Positions 1 to 9,976 of a stretch of DNA of 64,000 bases are shown piece by piece. The number at the start of each line of letters is the position of its first letter. The stretch's first letter is position 1. The stretch lies in contig CAWGMQ010000004.1 of NCBI GenBank assembly GCA_963823665.1, forward strand, positions 1,568,001-1,632,000, read 5' to 3'. The notes below the pieces were generated by a model. That model had not been told where the DNA came from. It searched no databases and saw only the letters and a program-made list of their open reading frames with translations. The DNA is from an uncultured Planctomycetota bacterium. Lineage in GTDB: Bacteria > Planctomycetota > Planctomycetia > Isosphaerales > Isosphaeraceae. The position numbers were made by a program, and so were the translations under genes.

Positions 1-3000
1 CCGTCGTTCGTGAATGCCGCACGGCTGCGGAAAAAGATCCCGGCGTCGGTGGTATCGTCTGCCGAGTCGGTGGGAACAAGCAAGTTCACCGTGATGTCGA
101 GGTCCTGGCCGACGCTCGTGCCGCGGGTCGCGCCGGTGTTCGATGACGTGCTGAACTCCACACCACCGTAGTCCACGCTGCTGGGCCGCAGCGTGTCCGA
201 TGAAATCACGGCACCGGCAAAGACCGGCACATAATAATAGGTGCCCGTGCCGCCCAGGGTATTGTCTGCCTGACCCAGGTTGTCTTGCGTCGCATCCGCC
301 CGATCGAACGAGTCTGAAAAAAGCGTGTTGCTGCCGGAGGTGCTGACCGTGGCAGTGCCGGTGATGGTGGTCGTGCTGCCACCCTGGTCCGTGACCGCGA
401 TGCTGATCGGGAAGCTGCCCGCTTTGGCATAGGTGTGCGACCCGCTCACCGTGTAGATGCCGCTGGCATAAGAAACTGTGCCGGACGAGGTGGGGCCGCC
501 GTCACCCCAGGTGATCACGGCCGTGAAATCGCCGGCGTGGTTCCCGGGGTTTAAGTCGGTGAAGGTGGCCCCCGCCAGGATGCTGCTGCCGGCCACACCC
601 GCTGATCCGCCGGCCTTGGCCGCGCTCGAGCCCGAGAGGGGCGCGTCGTCCACGCTGAAGGTGCTCGTGCCCGCGCTCGTCGACGCTCCGCCGGAGTCGT
701 TCACCTGCACGCTGAATGTCTGGTCGCTCAGCTCCTCGGCGTAGGTGTACGAAAGCTCGACGTCGAAACCGCCGGCCGGGTTGGCCACGATCTTCCCACT
801 GGCGCCCGCCGGCGGGGTGCCAACCACGCCGCTGCTATTGAGCGTCACGCTGTTGCCGTCGCCCAGGGTAACGATCGCCTGGTATTGACTGGCCGTGCCG
901 CCGGGATCGGCGTCGGTGAAGTGGAAGACCGTTTGGTTGGTGAAAGCCTGGCCCTCGACAAGGGGGGGCGGAGTGAGCTGGGAGATCGTGCTGTTGCCGT
1001 TGTTGGCGACGTAAAGATTGCCCACCGGATCGAACGCCAGTCCAGCGTAGGTCCCGGCCGCGGCGCCATCGAGCGTGGCGAACGTGGTTTCGACCTTCGA
1101 AGGCGTCACCTTGGTGATATCGCTGGTGTCGCTGTTGAAGACATAGAAGTTGCCGTCGGGGCCGAAGACCAGGGAGGTGGGGCCGCTGATGGGCCCGCCG
1201 GTGACAAACGTGGTGACGTTCCCCGCGGGCGTCACCTCGTAAATCGTGTCGTTGTTTTCGCTGGCCACGTAGAGGTTCACGCCGTCGAAGGCCAGCGCAA
1301 TCGGGTAATCAAGCCCTTGGTTGTTACCGACGAAGGTGGTGACGGTCCCCCCTGGCGTCACCTTCATGATCATGTTGTCGTACTTATCGCAGACGTAGAG
1401 ATTGCCATCCGGGTCGAAGACCGGACCGTTGGGGTTGTTGATGCTTGCGAACGTGGTGACCACGCCCTGCGGCGTCACCTTGCTGATGTTCTCGCCATGG
1501 AAGTTGGCAACGTAGAGGTTGCCCGCGCTGTCGAAAGCCACGCCGTCCGGGGTGTTGAGTTGGCTGCTATTCACGTAGGTCGAGATGCCTCCCAAGGGCG
1601 TCACCAGCGAGATGGTGTTGCTGACGGCGTTGGGAACGTAGAGGTTGCCATTGTAGTAGGCCGGGTCCACGGGGGAGCTGAGCCCCTGGCCCGTGCCGAG
1701 TGGGACGACAGTAGGCATGCCCGTGCCGTGAGGCGGCGCCAGCCCGTCGGCAGTGAGGGGCGCGTCCACCGTGGCCGTGACCGTGAACGAGACGACCGGA
1801 GACACGGTCGCATTGCCCGCCTTGTCGGTGGCGATCGCGGCGGCCCCGTAGTTGCCGTCGGCGAGCGGCGTTGTGAAGGTGAACATGAACGGCGCGGTGG
1901 TCTGGGCCGGGCCGGCGTCGTTCCAGGTCGTGCCTCCGTTGCTAGTGTATTCAAACTGGACCGAGGCCAGGCCGCTGCCGCCGGTGTTATCGGAAGCGGT
2001 GGCCGAGAGTGTCGGCGTGGTGTTGCTCGTGATCGTGCCGTCCGCCGGGGCCGTCATTGTGACGGTCGGAGGCACGGTGTCGATCGTGAAGGAAACGGCC
2101 GACGTGGTCGCGGTGTTGCCGGAATTGTCGGTGGCGACGGTGCGCACCTGGTAGTTGCCGTCGGGCAAGGCCGTCGCGAAGGTGAAACTGAACGGCGCGG
2201 TGGTTTGGGCCGCTCCGGCATTGATCCAAGTGCTGCCGCCGTTGTTGCTGTACTCGAACTGGACGTTCTTCAGGCCGCTGCCGCCGGTCTCGGAAGCGGT
2301 GGCGGAGAGCATCGGCTTGTTGACATTCGTGGCGCCTGAGGGGGCGGTGATCTCGACGTTCAGGGTGCCGTTGCCTATCGTGAACGACACAGTCGGCGAA
2401 GTCGCGCTGTTGCCGGCCTTGTCGGTGGCGTCGGCCCGGGCCTCGTACGTGCCCAGGGCCAGCGCGGTCGTGAACGTGAAGCTGAACGGTGCGGTGGTCT
2501 GGGCAGTTCCGACGTTGGTCCAGGTGCTGCCGCTGTTGCTGCTGTACTGGAACTGCACACCGGCCAGGCCGCTGCCGCCGGTGTTGTCGGAGGCAGTGGC
2601 CGAGAGCGTGGGCGTGGTGTTGCTGGTGAAGGTGCCGTTGGCCGGGGCCGTCATCGTGACGGTGGGCGCCACGGTGTCGATCAAAAACGAAACGGCTGGC
2701 GAGGTATCGGTGTTACCGGCGTTGTCGGTGGCGATCGCGCGAGCCTGGTAGCTGCCGTCGGCAAGCGCGGTCGTGAATGTGAAGCTGAACGGTGCGGCGG
2801 TCAGGGCATTTCCGGCGTTGTTCCAGGTGCTGCCGGCGTTCGCGCTGTACTGGAACTGGACATTCTTCAGACCGGTGCCGCCAATTTCTGAGGCGTTGGC
2901 CGAGAGCTTCGGCTTGTTGTTGTTTGTGCTGCTGCCGTTAGCCGGCGCCGTCATCGCCACGGTCGGCGCCGCATTGCCGATCGTGAAGGAAACCGCCGAC

Positions 3001-6000
3001 GAGGTGGCGACGTTGCCGGCGTTGTCGGTTGCGACGGCGCGCGCCTGGTAGTCGCCATCGGCCAGCGCCGTCGTGAACGTGTAATTGAATGGCGCGGCGG
3101 TGAGGGGAGAGCCCACGTCAGTCCAGGTCGAGCCCGCGTTACTCGAGTACTCGAACTGGACAGTGGCAAGCCCGCTGCCGCCCGTGTTGTCGGAGGCCGT
3201 GGCCGAGAGCGTGGGCATGTCGTCCGTGGTCTCGCTGCCATCCTCCGGGGCCGTCATGTCGACGGTCGGCGCAACCGTGTCGATCGTGAAGGAAACGGCG
3301 GACGAGGTGGCGCTGTTGCCGTCGTTGTCGGTGGCGATGGCTTGGGCCTGGTACGTGCCGTCGGCCAGCGCCGTCGTGAAGGTGAACGTATACGGTGCCG
3401 CGGTCAGAGTCGCGGCGCCGGTCCAGGTGCTGCCGCCGTCGGTGCTGTACTCGAGCAGGACTTTCGCGATGCCGCTGCCGCTGTTGTCCGTGGCCGTGGC
3501 GGAGAGAGTTGGCTTGTTGTCATTCGTGTACGAGTCATTGGCCGGGGCCGTCAAGGCAACGGTCGGGGCCATCGTGTTGATCGTGAACGAGACCACTGCC
3601 GAGGTCGCGCTGTTGCCGGCGTTGTCCGTGGCGATTGCACGGCCCTGGTAATTACCAGCGGCGAGCGCCGTCGTGAAGGTGAAGGAAAACGGAGCTGCCG
3701 TGAGTGCCGGCCCGGCATCATTCCACGTGCTGCCCGAGTCGCTGCTGTATTCAAGCTGCACCGTCGCCAGCCCGCTGCCGCCCGAGTTATCCGAAGCCGT
3801 GGCCGAAAGTGTCGGCTTGGTGTTGCTCGAGGCGCTTCCGTTGGCCGGCGAGGTCATCTGAACGGTCGGGGCCACGGTGTCAATCGTGAACGTCACCGCC
3901 GCCGAAGTTGCATCGTTACCGTCGTTGTCGGTCGCGACGGCTCGTGCCTGGTAAGACCCGTCCGCAAGCGCCGTCGTGAACGTGTAGCTGTAGGGCGCGG
4001 AAGTCACGTCCGAGCCGGCATCGTTCCAGGTGGTGCCGCCGTCGCCGCTGAGCTCGAACTGCACGCTGTCGATCCCGCTGCCGCTGTTGTCCGTGGCCGT
4101 GGCCGAGAGCGTCGGCTTGTTGTTGTCAAGCGCGGCGCCGCCGGCTGGTGCCGTCATCACGACAGTGGGCGCGACCCCGGTTGACTTGTCCGCGTCGAGA
4201 TCGATCTCGTAGTACTCGCCAAGTGCGTCCGACTCGGTGGCAATGTAAGTCACGTCGCCGTCGAACAAGGACGAGGCATCGATACCGGTGACCGACCATG
4301 TGCCGTCGGGGCCAACCACCGCGGGGGCGTCGGCGGTCGTTTCGAATAAGCCGTCGGTGATGTTGACCACAATGTCGTCACCGGGAACTCCCGTGCCCCT
4401 GACGGTGACATTGAACTGGTTGGCGACAGTGATATCCGGCGCGTCGGTGAAGGCCAGCGCAAGCTGCGACGTGTCCTTGTTCGCATTCTGCGGGAGCATG
4501 GTGACGTTGCCTGCCGAATCGGTCTGCGTGACCTGATATGTGACGATTCCGTCCGAGAGCGGGGCGGCGTCAATCCCGGTCACCGACCAGGTGCCGTTCA
4601 CGACCTTCGCCGGCGCAACGGCCGTCGTCGTCACGCCGTCGGTGATCGTGACCGCGATATTGTCGCCGTTACCCCCCGTGCCGGTCACGGTGACGTTGCC
4701 CTTGTTCTCATCGTTGATGTTCGGTGCGCTCGTGAAACCGAGAACACCCGTCGTCTTGGTCGCGAACTGGGTGATGTTGGTCAGCATGCTCCCGTCCGGC
4801 GAATACTCGTAGACGAGATAGGTAATCCGGCCGTCCAATAGCGATGAGGCGTCCAGGCCGCTGACCGACCAGGTGCCGTCGGCGTTGGTGGGGGGGGTGA
4901 AGTGCCCCGTCACCGTGTCGGCACCGCTGCTGATTTGTCCCAGAGTCACGGTGCCGTCGGTGATGAGAACAGTAATCGGATCGGCGTAGTACGGGTCGGC
5001 GGTGATCGCCTCGGTGCCGCTGACGGTGATGTTCTTCACGTTGGTGGCGTTGATGTCAGGCGCGGTGGTGAATGCCAGCGGCGGTCCCTTGACCGATGGC
5101 CAGGCCGACAGCCCGCCAATCACGGTGCCGGCGGCGTTCTTTTCGGTGATGTCCCAGTAAATCCAGCCGTCAGCGAGCCCGGAGGCGTTGAGGCTGGGCA
5201 CGAACCAGGTGCCATCGCTTACAGTCACGGGCGCGGCGCTGGCATAGTCATAGGGAGGCCCATTGGAGTCGTTAACGCTCACCGTGATCGTGTCCCCGTC
5301 GTGGATTCCTGTGCCTGTCAGGATTACGTTGCTGGCGTTGGCGTCGGAGATGTTCTGGTCGCAGGTGAACGTGACGTATCGAGCGCTGGTCACTGTCACG
5401 GTATCGGTGGCGGTGTTGTTGGTGTAATCTTCGGCGACCATGCCGTCGGGATCGACTTTCGCCATGCCGTCCGGGCGCGGGTTCACATCAACCGCGGTCG
5501 CCGTCGGCGTCGCCTTGAACACGATCTGGAAGCTCCCTCCCCCAGGGATGGTGACGTCGCCGTTGGCCGTAACGGTTAAATCATCAGTAGGGTTGTTGAT
5601 GGCAGCAACGGGCGTTCCAGTTACCCCGCCCATATAGTTGGTCACGTTGAGCGCGGTGTACCCGATCGCGGTGTTGGGCAGGTTGTCGACCACAATCCGC
5701 TGATTGTTGTGGAAAACAGCGGGTGCCATGCCTGTGTTGCTGACGGTAAGCGTCCAGGTCCAGCTCATGTTGAGCGCCGCGGTGTTGCTGACGTCGTCGG
5801 TGATAGAGAGCTTCAAGTCGGCGAGATTCGCGGCCGGGGTCAAGGTGTACCCGATCACGTCGAGCGCCGTGAGCTCCGCGCTGTCGAGCTCTGGCTCGAT
5901 CGGTACTTCGGAAACTGCATCCTGAATCTGAACGAGCGCCCGGCCGTCTGGGCTGGCCCAATCAGCGAAATCGTTTCCCGGTACGTTGTTGAAGTGTTCG

Positions 6001-7358
6001 CCTCCCACAATATGCGCGCCTCCATCGATCGAAAAGACGGCATCTGTTGAACTGGCACGGTTGTAGCTGCGCACGCCGGCGACCGCCCCTTGGGGCGCCG
6101 TATAGCGAAAGAGGTCGAGCGGTCCTATATCTGTGGGAGCGGGCGCGCTAAGCTGGTCTTCTGCAGTATCAAGCGAAGACCCGTCACCACCAGCGCCGAG
6201 CGCCTCGCACAGCTCATGAAGAACGGTCCCCAGCAGGTCCTCAGCGGTGCTGTCTGCGGCAGTGGGACGAGTGACATTGATGTTCGAAAAATTGAGCGAG
6301 ATCGTGGAAGTCGGCGCCGGGGCTGCGATGCCCAGGTCTGTCGCCAGGGCATTCGTGATGGTGATCTGGCCCCCACCGGGCGAGGCGACGTTCACAACCG
6401 GCAAATTTTTCGGGTCGTTGCTGTAAAGAGTCCCCTCATTGGTCATCCGAAAGCCCGTGACGACGTCAGTAACCGGGTCCACAATGGCTGTGGCCGTGGC
6501 CTGGACGCCGCCGCCAGGGGAAGGGGAGATGAAGACCTGCGGTGGATGATCGGGATCGGGATCGTACCCCATCCCGCCCCCGCCCGCCGTGACGTTTATC
6601 AAAGTGACGGCGCCACCGACCACCACGGCCGTCGCTTGGGCGTCAACGCCCCCCAGCGGAGCTGGTAAAATCGCGCCTTGCGGAAGATTCAGCATCGCGG
6701 TGTCGTCGGCGGCGCTTGGGCTCAGTTGGGCACCCAGTTTCTGCAGATAGGTCTGGTAAGGGACGTCGACTGTCGGAGTAACGCTCGCGCCGAGCCCCGA
6801 GAGCACAGCTTGCGCCGAGGCTGGATTTCCGGCTGGTGGGAGAGCGATTTTAACATTCGGAATGGTTGTGTAACCGCTGCCAGGCGTGTCGCCGGGCCCC
6901 TTAAAGTTAAAGTCGGTGATCACACCGTTCGTGATGACCGCCGTGGCGACGGCCGTCGTTCCCCCGCCGACGGGCGGGTCGATCGTGACCAGCGGCGGGT
7001 TATCGGGGTCGTAGCCGGTGCCTCCATTTTTTATCACGAGGGTCTGAATGCTGCTCTGCATGACATTGAAGGTCACGTTCAGCGTCACAGGGTTGGTCGT
7101 GATCAGGAACCCTTCGAGAATCCGAACCGCCGAGTCGATGGTGTCGACGACCGCCTGACGGTTCGGCAGGGTCGCAGGAAGGTTGTCCGTATTCGCGTTG
7201 ATCGTCAGCGAGGCTGGAACCGCACGATCCTCAAGCATCTCGATCGCCAGCCGGCGGCGAGCCGATTTCTGACGATCGGCCGCCAAACCTCGCCGTCGTG
7301 TTGGAAACGACGGAAATCTCGAGTTCAATCGACCGGGCGAAGACATGCGAAACTGCAT
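1..7358 (-). CDS. Giant exported/surface protein (>2450 aa, runs off the left edge): planctomycete export motif, zinc-metalloprotease-like domain (NF038122-like), DUF11-like and Ig-like repeats, NHL beta-propeller
   Basis: Absent from the ORF track, apparently because its stop lies outside the window. The minus-strand frame was checked at 5, 539, 6218 and 7049, and the in-register antisense shadow ORFs agree. N-terminus MQFRMSS...RRRLAIEMLEDRAVPA (alternative start 7346). HELCEALG at ~6218, LDLFRY, DFADW, ELTALDVIGY; Ig repeats; GVAFDSAGNLYVAN repeats. Confidence 0.88.
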   Translation of the reverse strand, partial: MQFRMSSPGRLNSRFPSFPTRRRGLAADRQKSARRRLAIEMLEDRAVPASLTINANTDNLPATLPNRQAVVDTIDSAVRILEGFLITTNPVTLNVTFNVMQSSIQTLVIKNGGTGYDPDNPPLVTIDPPVGGGTTAVATAVITNGVITDFNFKGPGDTPGSGYTTIPNVKIALPPAGNPASAQAVLSGLGASVTPTVDVPYQTYLQKLGAQLSPSAADDTAMLNLPQGAILPAPLGGVDAQATAVVVGGAVTLINVTAGGGGMGYDPDPDHPPQVFISPSPGGGVQATATAIVDPVTDVVTGFRMTNEGTLYSNDPKNLPVVNVASPGGGQITITNALATDLGIAAPAPTSTISLNFSNINVTRPTAADSTAEDLLGTVLHELCEALGAGGDGSSLDTAEDQLSAPAPTDIGPLDLFRYTAPQGAVAGVRSYNRASSTDAVFSIDGGAHIVGGEHFNNVPGNDFADWASPDGRALVQIQDAVSEVPIEPELDSAELTALDVIGYTLTPAANLADLKLSITDDVSNTAALNMSWTWTLTVSNTGMAPAVFHNNQRIVVDNLPNTAIGYTALNVTNYMGGVTGTPVAAINNPTDDLTVTANGDVTIPGGGSFQIVFKATPTATAVDVNPRPDGMAKVDPDGMVAEDYTNNTATDTVTVTSARYVTFTCDQNISDANASNVILTGTGIHDGDTITVSVNDSNGPPYDYASAAPVTVSDGTWFVPSLNASGLADGWIYWDITEKNAAGTVIGGLSAWPSVKGPPLAFTTAPDINATNVKNITVSGTEAITADPYYADPITVLITDGTVTLGQISSGADTVTGHFTPPTNADGTWSVSGLDASSLLDGRITYLVYEYSPDGSMLTNITQFATKTTGVLGFTSAPNINDENKGNVTVTGTGGNGDNIAVTITDGVTTTAVAPAKVVNGTWSVTGIDAAPLSDGIVTYQVTQTDSAGNVTMLPQNANKDTSQLALAFTDAPDITVANQFNVTVRGTGVPGDDIVVNITDGLFETTADAPAVVGPDGTWSVTGIDASSLFDGDVTYIATESDALGEYYEIDLDADKSTGVAPTVVMTAPAGGAALDNNKPTLSATATDNSGSGIDSVQFELSGDGGTTWNDAGSDVTSAPYSYTFTTALADGSYQARAVATDNDGNDATSAAVTFTIDTVAPTVQMTSPANGSASSNTKPTLSATASDNSGGSGLATVQLEYSSDSGSTWNDAGPALTAAPFSFTFTTALAAGNYQGRAIATDNAGNSATSAVVSFTINTMAPTVALTAPANDSYTNDNKPTLSATATDNSGSGIAKVLLEYSTDGGSTWTGAATLTAAPYTFTFTTALADGTYQAQAIATDNDGNSATSSAVSFTIDTVAPTVDMTAPEDGSETTDDMPTLSATASDNTGGSGLATVQFEYSSNAGSTWTDVGSPLTAAPFNYTFTTALADGDYQARAVATDNAGNVATSSAVSFTIGNAAPTVAMTAPANGSSTNNNKPKLSANASEIGGTGLKNVQFQYSANAGSTWNNAGNALTAAPFSFTFTTALADGSYQARAIATDNAGNTDTSPAVSFLIDTVAPTVTMTAPANGTFTSNTTPTLSATASDNTGGSGLAGVQFQYSSNSGSTWTNVGTAQTTAPFSFTFTTALALGTYEARADATDKAGNSATSPTVSFTIGNGTLNVEITAPSGATNVNKPMLSATASETGGSGLKNVQFEYSNNGGSTWINAGAAQTTAPFSFTFATALPDGNYQVRTVATDNSGNTATTSAVSFTIDTVPPTVTMTAPADGTITSNTTPTLSATASDNTGGSGLASVQFEYTSNGGTTWNDAGPAQTTAPFMFTFTTPLADGNYGAAAIATDKAGNATVSPVVSFTVTATVDAPLTADGLAPPHGTGMPTVVPLGTGQGLSSPVDPAYYNGNLYVPNAVSNTISLVTPLGGISTYVNSSQLNTPDGVAFDSAGNLYVANFHGENISKVTPQGVVTTFASINNPNGPVFDPDGNLYVCDKYDNMIMKVTPGGTVTTFVGNNQGLDYPIALAFDGVNLYVASENNDTIYEVTPAGNVTTFVTGGPISGPTSLVFGPDGNFYVFNSDTSDITKVTPSKVETTFATLDGAAAGTYAGLAFDPVGNLYVANNGNSTISQLTPPPLVEGQAFTNQTVFHFTDADPGGTASQYQAIVTLGDGNSVTLNSSGVVGTPPAGASGKIVANPAGGFDVELSYTYAEELSDQTFSVQVNDSGGASTSAGTSTFSVDDAPLSGSSAAKAGGSAGVAGSSILAGATFTDLNPGNHAGDFTAVITWGDGGPTSSGTVSYASGIYTVSGSHTYAKAGSFPISIAVTDQGGSTTTITGTATVSTSGSNTLFSDSFDRADATQDNLGQADNTLGGTGTYYYVPVFAGAVISSDTLRPSSVDYGGVEFSTSSNTGATRGTSVGQDLDITVNLLVPTDSADDTTDAGIFFRSRAAFTND
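1000..1660 (-). repeat. NHL-type repeat block (beta-propeller) in the giant protein
   Basis: About 6 repeats such as P.GVAFD..GNLYVAN...ISKVTP.G.VTTF. Confidence 0.8.
1780..4170 (-). repeat. About 8 tandem ~300-bp bacterial Ig-like domain repeats in the giant protein
   Basis: Recurring unit IDTVAPTVTMTAP...TPTLSATASDN.GGSGL..VQF.YS...G.TW...APF.FTFTTALADG.Y..RA.ATD.AGN. Confidence 0.85.
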
Positions 7359-7867
7359 CGTTGTAATCTCCGAGTTGCGGCCTGGCATTCGTCTACTGCT
7401 CCAGGCTCCAAAAGATCGCGAAATCGGACACCGCCGGACATTTTTTCTGATCGGCGCCGATCACTGGATTTGCGCCGGCGACACAAAGTCATTGGCAATA
7501 AAGAGATAGCCAGTCTGAATGGTCGACCAATGCACGCCCCCGAACGTCGAGCGTTCGCCTCACGCCGCGGCACGCAGACGGATCACTCAGGCCGTTGTGT
7601 CGGTGGTTGCATTCAAGAGTGCGACGGCACGGTCGCGTTGCCGTGCTTCCGATCCGCGAACACCTTCGTCACGCCGCTGGGTGCACCCGCCGCCCCGCTA
7701 ACTCCGCGCAGTGAGCCACGCATGATTGTAAGCTGCTCGCCGGTCGGTTGCAACAGCTTGCGGTACACGGCGCACCGCTGGTTCCGTCCCCTCTTTGCTT
7801 TTTGCCGTGTCGGCTATGTTCTTACGGTTGCCAGCCGGTAAACCCTCAGTCTGGCCCTGGCAAGAGT

Positions 7868-8389
7868 TTATCCAAGAGTAAAGCTTTGTGTTGCATGCGT
7901 AGCATGCCGCCTCGGACGTCCATTTGTCACAGCACGGCCATCATTGCGATTTCCAGGATTAGTAAGTTCAAACCCAATTGTCCAACCATCAAAGTAACTC
8001 TCTGCTCCCTTCGAGTAACCTATTGCCCTGCTCCTGATAGTATTAAATCGTCTATCAATCCAAGTATCTCGCTCTGTCCATTCTATACTTTCCGGGGTCA
8101 GCTTGCCAGGGTCATCAGGCTTAAAATCCGTATATCCGTTGTCGTGAACGAATTTTTCTGCGATTGCTATGGCTTGAGTGACGTCGATGGTCCCCGGCAC
8201 TAGCTCCTTGTTCTGATTTGTAACGTCGTCGGACTTGGGTGCCGGTATTTCATTCTGGGCGAGTTCGGAAATCGGTTCACCCTGTCGGACTTTGGGGGCG
8301 TCCACTTTCTGTTGCCTCTGAGATTTCTCGGCCTTGGAACAACCCACTAAGATCCCCAACAAAATGATATACATAATAACGTTTTTCAT
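7868..8389 (-). CDS. Low-GC putative lipoprotein, candidate immunity protein; C-terminus possibly frameshifted
   Basis: MKNVIMYIILLGILVGC lipobox-type signal in a visibly AT-rich segment. An alternative frame after AVT gives MDVRGGMLRMQHKALLLDKLLPGPD*. Confidence 0.6.
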   Translation of the reverse strand: MKNVIMYIILLGILVGCSKAEKSQRQQKVDAPKVRQGEPISELAQNEIPAPKSDDVTNQNKELVPGTIDVTQAIAIAEKFVHDNGYTDFKPDDPGKLTPESIEWTERDTWIDRRFNTIRSRAIGYSKGAESYFDGWTIGFELTNPGNRNDGRAVTNGRPRRHATHATQSFTLG

Positions 8390-8715
8390 GTTATGGTGGT
8401 TCTTGAGGAGGTTTAGGGGGCCCACAGGAGGGTCAATTTTATTTAACCGCGTCGGGTCGGTGGGATCGCTTGGGATAACTACTGGAATTTCAATAACATC
8501 TTGCCCCCTCAGCTTCGCGACCTTGCCCGCCTTGGGATCATAGCTAAGAAATGATCCGTTAGGAGTTGTAACATAAGCAAATTTCCCGGAATTCATACCC
8601 CTCGCTTATCGGCGGATGAGAATACATTGCCTCCGCTAGTATACTTGGGATCGTAGTTTCCGTGCGAGTGGGAACCCAGTCACCCACCCTCTGCAGTCGA
8701 CAGTCGGTCCCGGGG
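8390..8715 (-). pseudogene. Remnant of an RHS/polymorphic-toxin C-terminal domain (DUF4329-like)
   Basis: Across frameshifts it reads VGD..HSHGNYDPKY...NVFSSADK...YVTTPNGSFLSYDP, matching the H-x-H-G-x-Y-D...FS.AD...Y..TP.G pattern of RHS tips. Confidence 0.55.
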
Positions 8716-8999
8716 AAAGTCATACACACGTGGCTGGAACCGGTTCGCGTCCCGCGATCGCTGGATGCCTCGCGGCCGACGCCGCGCACAGCACGCGCTT
8801 TGTCACGCACGGTCAGCAACCGGGTGCGCTCGGCTACGTCGCCGGCGTTTGCACGCATCGGTTGCTGCGAACCGCTCGATATCGACGGCCATGCTTCGTC
8901 GCTTGCCGCGCCGGTGAAGGAAACGACGCGGTCCGGCCTCAAATCCAATCGAAGTCCGCGTCCGCCGCTGCGACCGAGGCTAGCGAGAGAGCGAGCCGC

Positions 9000-9332
9000 T
9001 TACTTGCAGAAACGCGACACGCGCGGCCGCCTTGCCCTGAAACCAGCGCCGTGAGCAACTTGGTGCGCGCGCACGAGCGAAGTCGCTCGACCTGCCGCTT
9101 GTTTGAATATGCGACCGAAGTCGCGCACCGTGTCCACTCAATTCGATCGATCCACACCCAGCCGGTCCAGGATGGGAGCCAGGTCGTCTGGGATCGCCCC
9201 ACGCTTCTGCCGCCTCAGTTCCCGGCCCGCCCAATCGACACTGCACGCCAGGAGTGCGGTCTCATCGAGCAAAGGCTGAGATTTGAACCGACCGGCCCAA
9301 AATCTGCCGGCAGCCTTGTCCTCCTCTCGATC
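9000..9332 (-). pseudogene. REP-associated tyrosine transposase (RAYT-like) C-terminal remnant with an internal deletion
   Basis: GRFWAGRFKSQPLLDETALLACSV joined directly to DWAGRELRRQKRGAIPDDLAPILDRLGVDRSN; stop and frameshifts; clearly similar to 59505-59745. Confidence 0.7.
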
Positions 9333-9976
9333 AAATGAATTATGGCCCGTCTCCCAAGTGAGTGGGTAAGAGATCGCGTCTGGGGACCCCGAATACCCTA
9401 GACTTGAAGGGTTTTCCGGCCTGCACGCGGCGAGAGAATATGGATGGATTTTGGGAGGCATGACTTCGGTGTCCGGCGGCATCAAGGAAGGACCCTCGAT
9501 CGCTTTCATGACCTTGGGCCTAACGGCGCCCTCGCCGCATAGGCAACGTGTTTATCGCTTGCCCGGTTGCGTCCCCGCGGAGCCCGACTCCGTTTCATCA
9601 AGGGGGATGTCGGACACCCACCTATTACGGAGCGTCGGACGCTCGCCTTGTGCGTGTTCGGAATGAACAGAGGCCGTGGTTTTGAGCCGAACGTGCGAGC
9701 CGCGAATTAATGGATGCTGGGGACCGTGACTAAAGGATTGGGTTCTGGAATCCCATGACAAAGACTGGGTGTCTGGAATCCCACCGGTACCCTCGACTTT
9801 GCAACCTGAGGCTGGATATCCTGGTAGTTGATCAGGTTGAGCTCAACTTCAGATTGAGCACCAAGTGAGAAACGGCTCTGGCGGTGGATGACGAATCGCG
9901 CAGACAACCCCTGGTACCCGACGATGCGAATCTTCCGCCAGGCCGATCACATGGCGCGGGGGCGGGCGCTGAGCGA

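Noticed and set aside
885..7841. Long + strand ORFs (885-2339, 3342-4184, 6678-7841 and others)
   Set aside because: In-register antisense shadows of the giant minus-strand gene.
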